DNA of 64,000 bases from Tricharina praecox (lineage: Eukaryota): assembly GCF_024521635.1 (NCBI RefSeq), contig NW_026250427.1, forward strand, positions 372,001-436,000. The letters are read 5' to 3'. The stretch's first letter is position 1, and every line of letters begins with the position of its first letter. The position numbers and the translations under genes are program-made. Below are positions 37,745 to 50,819 of this stretch, piece after piece. The notes beneath the pieces are model-generated. The model saw only the letters and a list, made by a program, of their open reading frames with translations. It made no database searches and was not told the origin of the DNA.

Positions 37745-40700
37745 GTTTGGCACTTTGCTTGATGTGAAAAGCCTTCGAAGGCGAGTGTATGAGGGGGGGA
37801 AGGTTTATATGCTCGGGTTGTTTCTTGGAGCTCTGGCTTGAAGGTCTCAAGACGGGATGTGTATTATATATATGTGGTATGGGTAGCTTGGGAAGTCGTA
37901 GATCGTGATATGTAGTTGAAGGAACTTGTTCGTCTCGGTGGTGGATGGGGGATGATGATCTGCGGGAGGGGGAAGCTTGTTGGATATGGAAACTATCGGA
38001 TTACGAGGGGGACTGATCGGGTTCTTTATAGTCAAGGTCCTTTCTTGAAGCCGGATAGCGGGCTACTCGACCGAACGACATGTCAGTGCGCTTTGGCATC
38101 AGCATGATGGCAAGACGCTCCGATATTGGCGTCCGCGGCCGCCGCCTCCTGCGGGAATCCAGCCAGCAGAACGCATGGAGGTCCGGAATAGTCCAACCAG
38201 CGTCGTTCGCCTTGGGATTCGGCATCGAGTATAGGTAAGGTATGTACATAGGTAGGGCCCTGGGGGGTTTGCATGAGTGCACAGTCCGGGCGTGCGTAGC
38301 AGGAAGTTGGGGTGTGTAGAGCCACAAGTAGGGATGGGACCATCGCCAATGGGATCCGCAGGAGCTGCAGTATTTTCAGCACACAGCAGCAAGTCGGAGC
38401 TGGCGTCAAGGCACGTCCTCACAAACCAAGTAGCTTCACCTCAGTCGCCCATCCCATCCGACAGCTCGGTACGCTAAGATGGTATTTTCTTTCCTTTCTT
38501 TTTTCCCTTTTTCTTTTTTTCTTTTTCCTTTCTTTTTTCGAACGGCGCCGGCGCATCTCTGGGTGAGATATGCGCTCAAAACGAGGTGGGCCCCTAGTCC
38601 ACCTACTTGTCAATTCCGCGTCCGCAGACACCGACACCATCTGACCCGGGGGCGGGACACACTCCCATCGGCGGTGCCTGGCTGCTACTGCTGCTGTTCC
38701 TGCCGTGAAACCAAACAACGTGCAGTAGGTTCGAAGAGCAGCAGGGAGTTTTTCGTCTAACATACGGTTATTGGATGCCCCAAAACGTGAGAAGGTGAAG
38801 AACGAACTCTGCAAAGCTGCAACGACACCCGAACTCTCCAGCAACCACCTCTCCCGGTATATCCGTCCATTTCAAACCAACGAACGAACAACGACGTGCC
38901 CACCGACACATACCGCACCGGTGGCGGGGAGGGGGTGCGGGCAACCTTGTGCGGGTCGTTGCAATTCCTAGTGGCCAGTCAGTCAGCCATCCAGCCATCC
39001 AGCGGCCAGCCAGCCATCCAGCCATAACGAAATCACAGGAGAAAATAAAAAAGAAAAAGAAAAGAAAAGGATCACAAACCAACAGGCAAGAAAAAAATAT
39101 TTTTTAAAAAGGGAATCCAGACAGCCATGTCGACATCAAACGACGCTGCACAGTGCACAAGCTCGGAAGTCCAGTTCGATTTACGAGTTACAGCGGCGTT
39201 CCCCGGACGGAGTGGGCGAGTGGACGTGCTTGATTGATCGATGGATGGATTGATTGATTGCCATTATCGATACATATCTCGATCAAGATAGCTACCCTAC
39301 CCTACCAACCAGGTACCTACCTGGTTACCCCGTACCGTACCGTACCATTCCGCATCAGCACGATAGTACGCTAGACTCTGGAATAGTTATGTACCTCCCT
39401 CCTCGCAACTGCTGTCTCTCCCGCCACGCTGCGTGCGGCGGCTTGAATGGATCGCTCAGGCGATAGGTGGAAGGGCAGGGCAGGGCACGTCTGCTGATCG
39501 GGCCATGTATGTAAGTAAGAAGTACCAGTGCTCCATAGTAGAGTATGGAGAGTACATGCCCCCAGGGGCGAGGCGGGGCGGGGGCATTGTGCCAGTGCCA
39601 GTGCCAGAGCCTGTGCGTGTGAACGACTTTCCTGAACCCCTTCGCAACGGTTATGCTATGCTATGCAATGCAAGCTGCAAACGATTTGTCGGATTCGCTG
39701 GCAAAGACGATCTTTTAAGCCTCATGTAGAAAGACACTCAACGGGTCGGGGCCGCGAAAAGGAAAGAAGGCTGTGGGGGAGGGTGGAGCGGAGTGGAGTG
39801 GAGTAGTGCAGAAGGATGCTGGTTAGTGGAGTAGTGTAGAGTCTCTACAAGGACACACAGCTCGGCTTGCCTATGTATTACCGATAGGGGACTAAGGCGG
39901 AGGGGGCACGGAGGGCAGAGTAGCTAGGCCAGCATAGGATGGGTACCAGGATGGCAACGGCTAGGGGCGCTACTATTAGTAGGTAGCCTGAGGGCCCGCC
40001 GCCGCCGACGACGACGGACATCAACGCAACACGGGCGCACAGGTAGGCATGAGAACACGCGTCCGTGGTGAATCAGCCCTCGCGTGAAGGGAGGGGGTTC
40101 CGGAGCAAGCTTTGAGAGCAACATGTCGACAAGCCATTGGCCGGTAAATGTGGCTGGGTATGCGGGCGTCTCGACTCGGAAGCCGCTGTGGCAGATGGCT
40201 GGTGGGTTTCTTTTTGGTGCTTACCGGAGCCCACCACGGCTAAGTGTGGAATAGGTACTTGGGTAGTGTAGAGCATAGTACAGACATCTCCTGCTTGCAA
40301 CGACTGGCCGCAACGGGCATGTGTATTCCAATTCAACCAGCTTGATTCCGCTCTGCTCTACTAGCAGCCAGCGTGTACGTGTCGACGGACCACCAGCGCG
40401 GAAGGAGGAAGAGGGGGAGCAGGAGGATGGGGAGGAGGAAGGACGCACCGCTGCGCGTTCGTCGACGAGTGCATATAGTAGAGCAAGTATGTATATACCT
40501 AGCAGGTGCTCGGCGGGCACCACGTTGTAGATCCCCCAACGATATCGCTTGTACAATCGGGTGAGCGGGGGGGTAGGGGGAGCACGGCGGAGACGGCGGC
40601 GGTGGCGGTGCAAGTACATATACGGTATACCTACCCCAGGGAGACACTAGTATTCTACAAGGCTGCTGGGGCGGGCACATGCCACGGAGCCGTAAGACGG

Positions 40701-40856
40701 GAGCTGGCATACACACAGGCATGAGTAGGGTAACTACAGGCATATTATACAGGCACAGGCCCAGACACAGACACGCAGAGTCCAGACACGCTCGCACAGA
40801 CACATAGGTACTATACACGCACACACAAGAATGTACAAAGCCTCGTCGAGGGAAAC

Positions 40857-41136
40857 AACAGCCTGGTCTGCCACGGGTTGGAAGCCGAGTCGGCGAAAAC
40901 GACAGCCTGGTGTTTATGCCACGGGTTGGAAGCCGAGTCGACGAAAACGACAGCCTGGTGTTTATGCCACGGGTTGGAAGCCGAGTCGACGAAAACGACA
41001 GCCTGGTGTTTATGCCACGGGTTGGAAGCCGAGTCGACGAAAACGACAGCCTGGTGTTTATGCCACGGGTTGGAAGCCGAGTCGACGAAAACGACAGCCT
41101 GGTGTTTATGCCACGGATTGGAAGCCGAGTCGACGA
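40857..41136. repeat. 48-bp minisatellite, 4 perfect plus 2 degenerate copies
   Basis: Unit GACAGCCTGGTGTTTATGCCACGGGTTGGAAGCCGAGTCGACGAAAAC at 40901, 40949, 40997, 41045; variant copies at ~40857 and 41093; no spacers. Confidence 0.95.
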
Positions 41137-43528
41137 GATTCCCATGTTCGACAGCGTGGAGAGCGAACCTGGCGTTTTGGCGAAGAAGCAAAAAACGGTT
41201 TTAGTTTTTTGCGAGATGAGGTGGTGGTGGGAACGGGATGGTCGTGAAGAATACCCCGAAAAGGCAACGAAGGAGAAGGGTTGCCGAGAACATTCAACAT
41301 CGCCCCATGCATCTTGACGTGCGGCGAAACAACCAACCACAATTTCAAGACCGTGATCGCCCCACACCCGATCTACCCCCCAGCAAATAATCATCGTGAT
41401 ATGATTCGTGTGCTGTCCACCACACACACACGAGAAGAATCAAAACCCAACCCTGAAACTACTAGAGTACCTACTCTACTCTAGGTACTCCACATGCACT
41501 GGATCTCCCGAACACCTATTCGACCGCTCGCGATGTGGAGGGCTACAGTGCCTACTCCGGATCACAGATACAGACGCTCTAGAGTACTATGATGGAATAC
41601 GATATTCTGGAGTGGACTCGCCGTCGTCGATTCCACCCGCAGATAGATAAAAACATCCAGTGAACAGCGAACGACACACAACCCCACCACACCCTCTTCT
41701 CGCACCGAAACCCCCCCTCCCACCCCCTCCCACCCCCTCTTCAGCCCACCCGACAACTACCGTCACCACCGTCCAACCCGCGAACATCATCTCTCCATCC
41801 TGCGAGTATATACATAATCATATCTATGCGCAGCGCTTTCCGAGGAACACCCTACATACTTCATACATACGGTCAGTTATCACGCAGTTCAGATGGAAAT
41901 ATTTTGTGCTTGCCCCCGCTGGCTCTCCGTCGAACACTCTCCGCCTCGCCTCACTGAATCAGGGACACAGAAAGAAAAAAAACACAACAGCTCGCGATCC
42001 GATTTGCTTTCGTGGCTGCGGCTGCGACGGTTCATTCGACGGCGGCACAGGGCCCAGGTTCGAAATGTCCAGTCCACGCGGTGCAAGAAAATGAGAGCGG
42101 AGTGGAGAGATCTCGGTTCCACTAGCCCACCCCAACCCCACCCACACCCACACCACACCCACACCCACACCTCACCCGCACCCTCCCTCACTCTCACTCA
42201 CTCTCACCCTCTCACCCTCTCACCACCCACTCACGCTCGCAGTAGCAGCAGCAGCAGCAGAAGCAATTCTGCTTCTTATTCCGGACGAACCTACTACTAC
42301 CCGCTTGTGCATAGCTCCTCATCCCAAAGCAGCACACTCGAGTCGACCGATCAGACAACGCACACCCCGTAAAGCAAAACCTTGAGCGTCCAGCCAATGA
42401 GAGCGGTGCGTTCTTCGGCTTCAGGTATAAAATACACACACGAAAAATATGTATGTACCTACTCGACCAACTGAGCTATGTATATTCCTGAGGTACGGAG
42501 GGGGAGGGGGAGGGGGACCGAATGATCCGTCCGCGGGAAATGGCCCATGGGCTTTCCCGATATCGCACCACGATGGAGAACCGAGAGAACTTCGAGGACC
42601 TCGCCGTGCCCTGGAGTCTTGAGACAGGCGGGGTAGGCATGTGCTTCTACAGTAGTGCGGCCAGCAGGAGCCACCTACTAGTTAGTACTATGATAGTTCG
42701 ATCATGAGATGTGGTAGCGAAAGATAGATAGATGTTTTTTCTCTTTCATTCCTTCCCCCCTATGGGCGAGGACGCGGAGGAGGAAGAGGAGTCGTAGATC
42801 TCGCGGCGACCAAGAATCAAGATCAAGATCCGGCCCTCCCCTCCGTGCCGCGGCATCCAGGCTCCAGCTGGCCACGGCCGGTCGACCGTCGACGATTGGC
42901 CATCCCGTCGACGACGGAAACCGAAGCTTGGCGATCTGCGAGACGCCCGTTCCATCCAAGAGGTCGACCCAAACCGCAACTTCTCCCGAGAGGGAACGGC
43001 AACGGAAGACAGCGGCAAGGAGCCGGTGATCGGCTGTAAGAAAGTGTCGCTTGCAAGTTGCAGTGATACCGCACAGCTGCGATTCGAATCGTATTGCTTC
43101 CGCAGTGACCACTGACGGATGCACTTTCAGTCCTGTGAATGGGGGGAGTCGACTACTTGTTATTCTGCTAGTTACTCTGTACTAGAGTACGGTATCCTCC
43201 ATATTACATGTCTGCTTGAGCTTGAGCGCAAGGTAGAGTACTTGCCAGCCCAAGGTAATATGGCCCGAATGCTAGGTACCAGTACTAGCAGGTACTTCCT
43301 CAGGAGGATAACCAAGTAACCACTCTACTTCCTCACCAGAATTAGGCGTGTATAGTATCTTTTGGCCTGTTTAGTCCGGAAGGAAACCTACAGCAGGCGG
43401 TCAGGCCGCTTCCCTTTCCGGCTCCTTCATGTGAGCGGCTCTCGATCAGGAGGATCGCACAAGTGGCTGCGAACATAGGATGTAGCTGATGTGAGAGATT
43501 TTTTTTTTCAAAAATACATCCGTCAATT

Positions 43529-43557
<29 letters not shown>
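43529..43557. repeat. Poly-C homopolymer (~29 nt)
   Basis: Directly visible. Confidence 0.95.
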
Positions 43558-43559
<2 letters not shown>

Positions 43560-46500
43560 AGAGAGAGAGACTCGTCATGCGGAGATCTTCGTGAATGTCG
43601 CCACTGCCTTCGACATTCTGTTCAAGCGGGCAGGTACATACAGAATCCCTGGATCAAAGAATCTGCTTGTATGCATACCGTAGTATGTATGAACTTCTGT
43701 ACTTACTTGAATCATGCCGCCTGCATCACCGCCTGCATCACCGCCTGCATCACCGCCTATGTATGTACATACCTGCGCCGTCCCCCGTCCCCGCCGTCCC
43801 CCGCCACCCCCCGCCTCGAAATCCGGCGCGGCTACATACAAAGTATGTCTGATGCATACCACTCGGGCACACGCTACGACCGGAAACGGGCTTTTCCATG
43901 GCGGTTCTCGCGAATACCCACATTACATTGCACCGCACTGCACTGCACTGCACTGCATAGGTACGTGCATGTGCTGTGACCTGTCTCCGAGGCCGATCCC
44001 CTCGCACCGTTGGAGATGGGGATGGGCGAGGGGGATGGGGGATGGCGAGGGGATGGCGAGCGTGAGGGGGACTTGTGGATATGTATCATCGTCGACGACG
44101 ACCGACGACGGAACTGTTGCCGCTCCACCGCCCACAGCGCTAATTATACCGGTACCGTCACCGCCACCTTCCGCTGTTTTCTTTCCAGGTTGAATGACTA
44201 CTGCTGCAGCAGGAGCATCGAGAAGGGCCATATGTAATCCATTCCGTCCCACGCTGCCGTCTTCTCCGAAAGCTTCTCCACGGCATCGTACCTATCGGCA
44301 CCGGAAACCCGAGCACGTTGATTTGGATTTGATCGGGTTCGGAATGACGGGATGACGGAATGACGGAATGACGGGGCCATGCAGCAGTGTGCCGTTCCCG
44401 ACACTGTCCATTGTCCAACGATACGTAGATGGGCGGTATTTGAGTTTATTCTATCTGGAAGGACCAGAAAATTCAAGAGATTGGAGACGTTGGACGTGCT
44501 GCTGCTGCTGATGCTGCTGCTACTGCTCCACGTTATCTGAAGTTTGAGGACAGCATTGCATCGCTATCACAGACATACAGGCAGACAGGCACGCACGCAC
44601 GCACGCAGTACGCAAGCCCCGGTGATGACTACGGTACGCCGGGCTACTGCACCATGTATATGCACCCTCACGAAGAAGCTAAATGGATCTTGGGAGGGAG
44701 GTCATATTATGCAGTCGTCTATCATCTACATGATGTGCACAAGTCACCCAAACCCCTCTCTCGCCATCGACTTGCTTTTGCCTCTTCTTCTTGCATACCT
44801 TTTGCGTGATGCTCCCCAGCTGATGATGGACACCGCGCTCTAGCTTTAGCTCTGGCTCTGCCCTACTATGTAGGTAGCAGTGATCGTATGTAGGAGCTGC
44901 AACATTATATCTTTCCGGTGGCGACGGTGGAAGTCGTGCTACTACACCTACATACACACGTCGAACAACTCACAGGTCTCCCCTGCCCGAATCATGCTAA
45001 CCACCACAACCCCCTCCCCCTCCCCCTCCCCCTCCCCCTCCCCCTCATCGCCGCCACCCCTTCCTTCCTTCCCTCCTCCCTCCCTTCCTTCCGTCCCAAT
45101 CGTAGGGACGGACAGCAGGCCTGCAAAGATCCGGTTTTCCGGGCTGCCCTTTTCTTGTCTTGTCTTGACTTTGAGAACTGACGTGTGCATACCTAGTATT
45201 TCCCTGTCTCGAGGTTGCTATTCCAGGCTGATGGGTATACGGTATTCGGGCAGGCTGCTGGGCAACTGGGGAGGGGGGATGGTGATCCTAGGGATTACCG
45301 CTGCTGACGAAGATCAAGATCAAGATCATGGGCGGTACTCTGCTCCGAACTGCGCCGATCTTCGGCGAGGGACCTCTCAACGGTTTTTGGTGCTGGGTGA
45401 TAAAGACTTGTGGGCACTGGGGTTAGGCTTTTGGTTCCGAGGAGGAACTTGGAAGAAGTGGAGCCATTGTAGTTGGAATAAACATTCGAGCGTACACCCC
45501 TCACCCTGGCTGGCAAGGGAAGCCTTACCCTGTAGCCATCCGTGTTTCGTTTGCACCGTTGGCTGACATATAAGGCATATGGAATGTTTCCTATACACGT
45601 TTATACCCAGAAGCAGTTCACGGGGAGGGAGGGTGGGATATGGAACGTGTTACGTACCTGCATGTTCCCTCTACATACCCGCAATATCATAATATCATAC
45701 CTATCATAATAGTAATATAGCAATAAACACAGTCCGTCCATAGTTTCCTCAGGAGTCAGATCAAGCAGATCTTGATCTTGACCGCTGCCCACTACAGTGC
45801 CCACTGCCGAGCCCCATGGGCCATCTCATCTCAAGTTTCCGAGATTCCAAAAACAGTGCCTGAAACACGACCCGCCTCCACCACCTCCGCTTCCAAACAG
45901 GACTGGACTGGCGTTTGCAGTCCACATCCAAATCTTCAATCATCAATACGCAATGCTCAATCCACCTTCCCACCGCGTCGCGCATCCACCATCCACCATC
46001 CAGCATCCAGCATCCAGCATCCAGCAGCATCCAGCCTACGCATTCCGCAAGCGGTTTTCCATCTTATCACTCGCGCCCACTTTCCCTCCCCTTTCCCCCA
46101 CCCACCCCCCACGCACGTAGTTACGCATCCCCCTCCCTCCCACTCCCACGTGAAATCCCTTGCGCGCGCACCCGCCGTGCACAATCTCGCATATTTTCGC
46201 ATGGTCTCGCATGCCCTCGCATCCCGGTAAGTACCCTCCCTCCCTCCCTCCCTCCCTCCCTCCATCCCTCGCGCCGCGGTCACAAACTCTCACCCACCTG
46301 CGGCCCAATCGGACGGGCGCGGCGGGCGCATGTAGATAGTAAGGTACTGCTGCAACACACCCCTGCGTGCACGCGCGCCAGGGAATGGTAGATCTGACGT
46401 TTCGCCGCGAGATCTGGGTTTTGGCGATTTGTATATATACTTTTTCCGCTATGTATGGGGTGGGAGGGGTGGTGGTGGAGGGGTAGTTGGGGGATGGAGG

Positions 46501-48399
46501 ACGGGGGGGGGCGTTATCTATCTCAAGGTGGTTGCTGGGCGCTGGTGGTTGCTGGTGCTGGTTGCTGGTTGCTGGGCGCTGGTTGCTGACGTGATTGCCC
46601 GAACTACTCTTCCTCATCCTCCCGGCCGGACGTTCGACGTTCGACGTTGGATGTGGGACTAACTAGTACTCTACCTACTCTAGTACATACCATGGTTACC
46701 GCGTACATACGGGAGATAAACTACCCTGCGCGGAGGGCCGGCTGGAGGCAAACACGCTGGCCTCTGGCCGCTGGTCGCTGGTGGACGTGCTGGCGACGTG
46801 CTAGGTATATAGCCCGTATAGCCCGTATGTAGCCCGTATATAGATAGTCCGGTTACCCAGATACCCAGGTAGGGCTGTGGACGCGGAGTTTCGCGGCTGG
46901 CCAGCCAGCCGCTGGGTAGAGCAGGCAGGTAGGTATTCCGTACATACACACCTACTCGCGGTTCATGTAGAGTACTATACGTCCCGACTCGCTGCGACGG
47001 GGCCGGGGGCGGGCGTTGTGGTGTGCGGTGTGCGGTGTGCGGAATGTGGAGTGTGGAGTGTGGATATTCTTCCGGAGATGCGCCGGTACTCTTCAGACAT
47101 ACATACACACCTACTATGTAGGGACGTACGTGGAGGAGCAGACGTCACTTTGGAGTCTGGAGTCTGGAGTCCAGAATTTGGTGGCGCTCGCGCACTTGGC
47201 GATAACGATGGCCTTCCTTCTTTCCTTCCTTCCTTCCTCTCCCCTGCCCGGTGCTCCATCTCCCCCCGGAACATCCTGCGAAGTGTATGCTCGCATGGCT
47301 AGGCTACATAGCGGTGCGCCGTCGGTGGCGGTGGATCATACAGTAGCATTCGGAGCATTCGGAGCATTCGGAGCGTGCTCGCGGCCCGGCCAGGCAAGGG
47401 GCGGACTGAATGGGGTGCTCAAGTGTTGATGCGGTGTTGCAATATCATGCTTGTGGCGGTCCGGTAATGTGGCTGCCACTGTTGAGTGGGAGTGGATCGC
47501 TGTCACTCACTCTGCTGATATCACGAGCGCTGGGTAGGACGGTATTGTGTCTGCCACGGTTGAATGTTCAAATTCCTTGGCTGGGACGCAGAGCTGGAAG
47601 ATAGAGAGAGAGAGAGAGCTCATGCTGCATCGTTCAATTCGTATCAATCATCATGTAATAACCGATGGTTGCGGACGAAGGAAAACGAGGCCCCGCCCAT
47701 CTAATCGAGCAGCAACCCAATGTATGTATCTTATCTCCGCCTAGAACCCAGAACCCAGGGAAACAGCAATACGTATCTGAAAATCGAATTTTTCCCCTCC
47801 ATTACGTAGAGCATGTAAGTCCATTGCGCCGACAATGCTCATAATATATCACCCGTTGCAACAGAACGAATCTCGATCCGATGTTTCAAACCGGCCCGTG
47901 GGTGAGCTCTGGTATGATGTATCTACGGCCCGTGGTGTAGACCACAGTATGTAGGCGAGGTTTGAGCTCGGTTGCTCTTCCTGGCTTCCGCATCTCCTGA
48001 CGCCACGTCTGAGCTATTCGCACCGAGTGACAGTATATACAACCACCCGTCCCTATTCACGAAACCCCATTTCCACCACCCAGACATGTCCAGAACCTCA
48101 TTCATCGTCTCCTCAGTCTTTTACTTCACTCACATTACCATTTTCGAGCTGTGTCTCGGCGCCGAGCCGTGCCGAATCATTATCTGGCGGGGATCATGGC
48201 ATTGCCTACAAAGCCAGCGAGAACTCATCCTTCTCTCCTTTTCCTCTACACATCACTTCATCCCTTTCTCCTTCTCATCTTCCACACATCACTTCCTCAT
48301 CCTTGAGAATCAGGCCACAGGGCTAGTCTACCTATGACAACTTGCGAGAATCCCCATCGATCCTCCGCCTATCTACCTACCTAGGTACTCGGCATCAGT

Positions 48400-49510
48400 T
48401 CAGCATGACGAGGAGAAAGCCACGATGGACCGACGCGGCCCATTCACCACCTTCTCTTGCATGTACCATCCCCGAGACTCACATGACCCGGTATCCTAGG
48501 TAGCTAACTACTCGCAGCCATCACAATGACGCTTATCACCTCGGCGGAGATCAATGTGCGGGTGTGTTTAACAGTCTAGTATAACGGAATGGTATGTATC
48601 ATTGTATCCGGTGCAAGAATTTCTTTTCATCTGAATGTTAGAGGAGGTTTGTAACTGACAGGTATGGGATTGCTCAAGGAATCCAATGCGGCTTCGTCAA
48701 CATGGGGTAGCTGAGCCGGTTCATCCCGACGACATGTTGGCTGAGAAGGACGGCAGTGAGCACGAGCATACCAAGGAACACCAAAAGGAGAAGGATGAGC
48801 ACGACGAGCCTGAGGAGGCTGCGTCGGGTGACTGCGGAGGATCAGACAGATGATAACGCCCACGACGAGCCTGGCTCGGCTGAGGCTCCCGGCGTCGGGC
48901 GTGACTCCGGAGAAGATGAAGAGGCGACCGCGGAAACCGACAATGAGGGGGCGTCGGATTCCGATTCTGAGTCGACCGAGAGCGACGAAGAGGAATCTAT
49001 TCTGGAAGAGGAGGAGCGGTGTCGTGTACGAGGGAACAGGAATGCGGAATGCAGGAGGATACTCCACGCCATGTTTCCGGGATTGGACACGAAGTACCAC
49101 CTCCTCCCCGATCGATTTACGTGAATGAAAACTAATAGATGTTAGCCCCGTCAACCCCCAGCAGAGCACCCAGTCGCCTGACCCGGGTCAATGTGGTGGG
49201 AACCGCTCGGAATCTGATGCGACAGACGAAGACGCCACGGATGCAGAGGGAGACGACATGCTCGTCATTGGATACAGTATGCATCTCCATCTCAGGGCCT
49301 CATTACACTTTCCGTTGGGGTTGTGGAAGGAGCTGGGCTGATGGTTGGATCACTGTAGAGCATCAAACCCCGAAGAGAAAGATGACAAGACGGACGCGGA
49401 TGTCGTCATTTGGGCGATTAACCCGAGGGGGTTATTTGTTCTTTGTTTGGCGACGAGGGCTAGGCGGAGAGTAATAGGGAACCGGTATCGAGCTCGAGCT
49501 CGAGCCTACT
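48400..49510 (+). pseudogene. Possible spliced or degenerate gene for an acidic low-complexity protein
   Basis: D/E-rich peptides in two successive frames (MLAEKDGSEHEHTKEHQKEKDEHDEPEE, then EDQTDDNAHDEP...ESDEEESILEEEE) and intron-like signals (GTATGT..CTGACAG, GTACCA..CTAAT..TTAG, GTATGC..CTGAT..GTAG). I could not build a clean full ORF. Confidence 0.4.
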
Positions 49511-50390
49511 GATTGGTGATTGGTGATAGCTAGGTGGAAATGGATATGTAATCTGCCATGAATCCATGTCTACTAAGGTCGAATGCAATGATGATTAAAC
49601 AAAAAACGAAAATGTCTGCCACTGGTAGATGGGAGTAGCTCGCTGTCTGTCATTCACACTGCTAATATTACGCTTGTGGTGGACCGGTAATGTGGCTGCC
49701 ACCGTTGAATGGGGATTGAATGGGAGTAGCTAGTCGTTACCCACACTGCTATCATGAGTCCTGCATAGGTAGGACTGTCTAGATGTGTTTTTGTTTCACC
49801 GGTATGCTTTCGACGCTGGACTATGCTATTCAATCTTGTGTATAGAGCTTCCGACAATATCCTGTCCAAGTTCCAACACCTCTGTATTTTAGTCCTCGCT
49901 ACCAGCTTGGACAGCGGGAGGAAAGAAACCAAGAAAGAAACATATTACACGACCACGACCACGACTACGTTGACTAAGCGGGCATACACCTGTACACCGG
50001 CAGAGAAGAGGAATACGAATGACCTCTGAATCCGATAGTATTCCAAAGGCTGGCTGTTGTCTTGAATTGCCGAGTGCTGGTCTTACGTACAATGAACCAT
50101 GGACTTGTTGGCTGAGGCTCGAGGCAGCGATACGCAACGTGCATTCCCGTAGAAATACAACTTTTGACTTTGCCGCTACATACTGCAGCCTGTGTACGGA
50201 ATCCAAGCTGTCGTAACTACCCGCTGCTCATCGGATCTCGGGCGGCGCTTCACAAGTAATCACGCGATAAGCGAGTGACATCGCATGCATTCACGGCAGC
50301 GACAAGCCTCAATAACGACTCTCAACGGCGATTCAGTTTCAAAAACCGCGCGGCCTCTCCTCCCTCCCTCTTCATCTCTTTCTCCCCCCT
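49368..50390 (+). repeat. ~1-kb repeat, copy B (inverted relative to copy A at 28670-29684)
   Basis: Same exact reverse-complement blocks as listed for copy A. Confidence 0.9.
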
Positions 50391-50819
50391 CTTCACCCCG
50401 CCATAGGAGTCGGTGGTGGAAACACTCAACTTCGCTGACTAGGTAGCTAGTGTGTACATACTACCTAGGCTGAAGAGCAATGCGAGGCACATCAAGCTCC
50501 CGTCTACTAGTAGTGGATTATTTCTTAATACCGGATGCATGCTGCAACTTGTGAGAATGTAAGAAGTGAATGGTCACTGGCACTACCTACTAGGTATTGT
50601 CGACGGCAAAGAAACTGCAAGCCGCAGGTTGAATATCCGTTTGAGGCCCCCCGCAAGTCATCGCAACGGCAACGCTGTTGGGCTTCTCGCTGCGTGCGCG
50701 GCAAGCCGCAAAACCGATATCCTCCCGCACACATCTCGTGGAAAAAGAAATTGGTGGAAAGGAGAAGGAAGGAAGGAACCCGAGAAGACATGGGTACATA
50801 CCGGTATGTACTATGTCCT

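Noticed and set aside
35910..37850. 646-aa same-strand alternative-frame ORF overlapping the Gln-rich gene
   Set aside because: TTG start, and its A/R/P composition is what a shifted CAG-rich, GC3-rich frame yields. Treated as a shadow ORF.
40857..41136. CRISPR-like appearance and 16-aa repeat ORFs
   Set aside because: Units are head-to-tail with no unique spacers, there are no cas genes and the context is eukaryotic. The ORFs arise from a stop-free 48-bp unit.
29700..48000. Telomerase RNA or another structured ncRNA in the gene desert
   Set aside because: I did not spot a TAACCCTAA-type template or snRNA/snoRNA hallmarks by eye. An Infernal/Rfam search would be needed to exclude them.
28670..50390. 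Starship or other autonomous giant transposon
   Set aside because: No tyrosine-recombinase captain, DDE transposase, RT or Rep/helicase ORF is recognisable in or beside the block.
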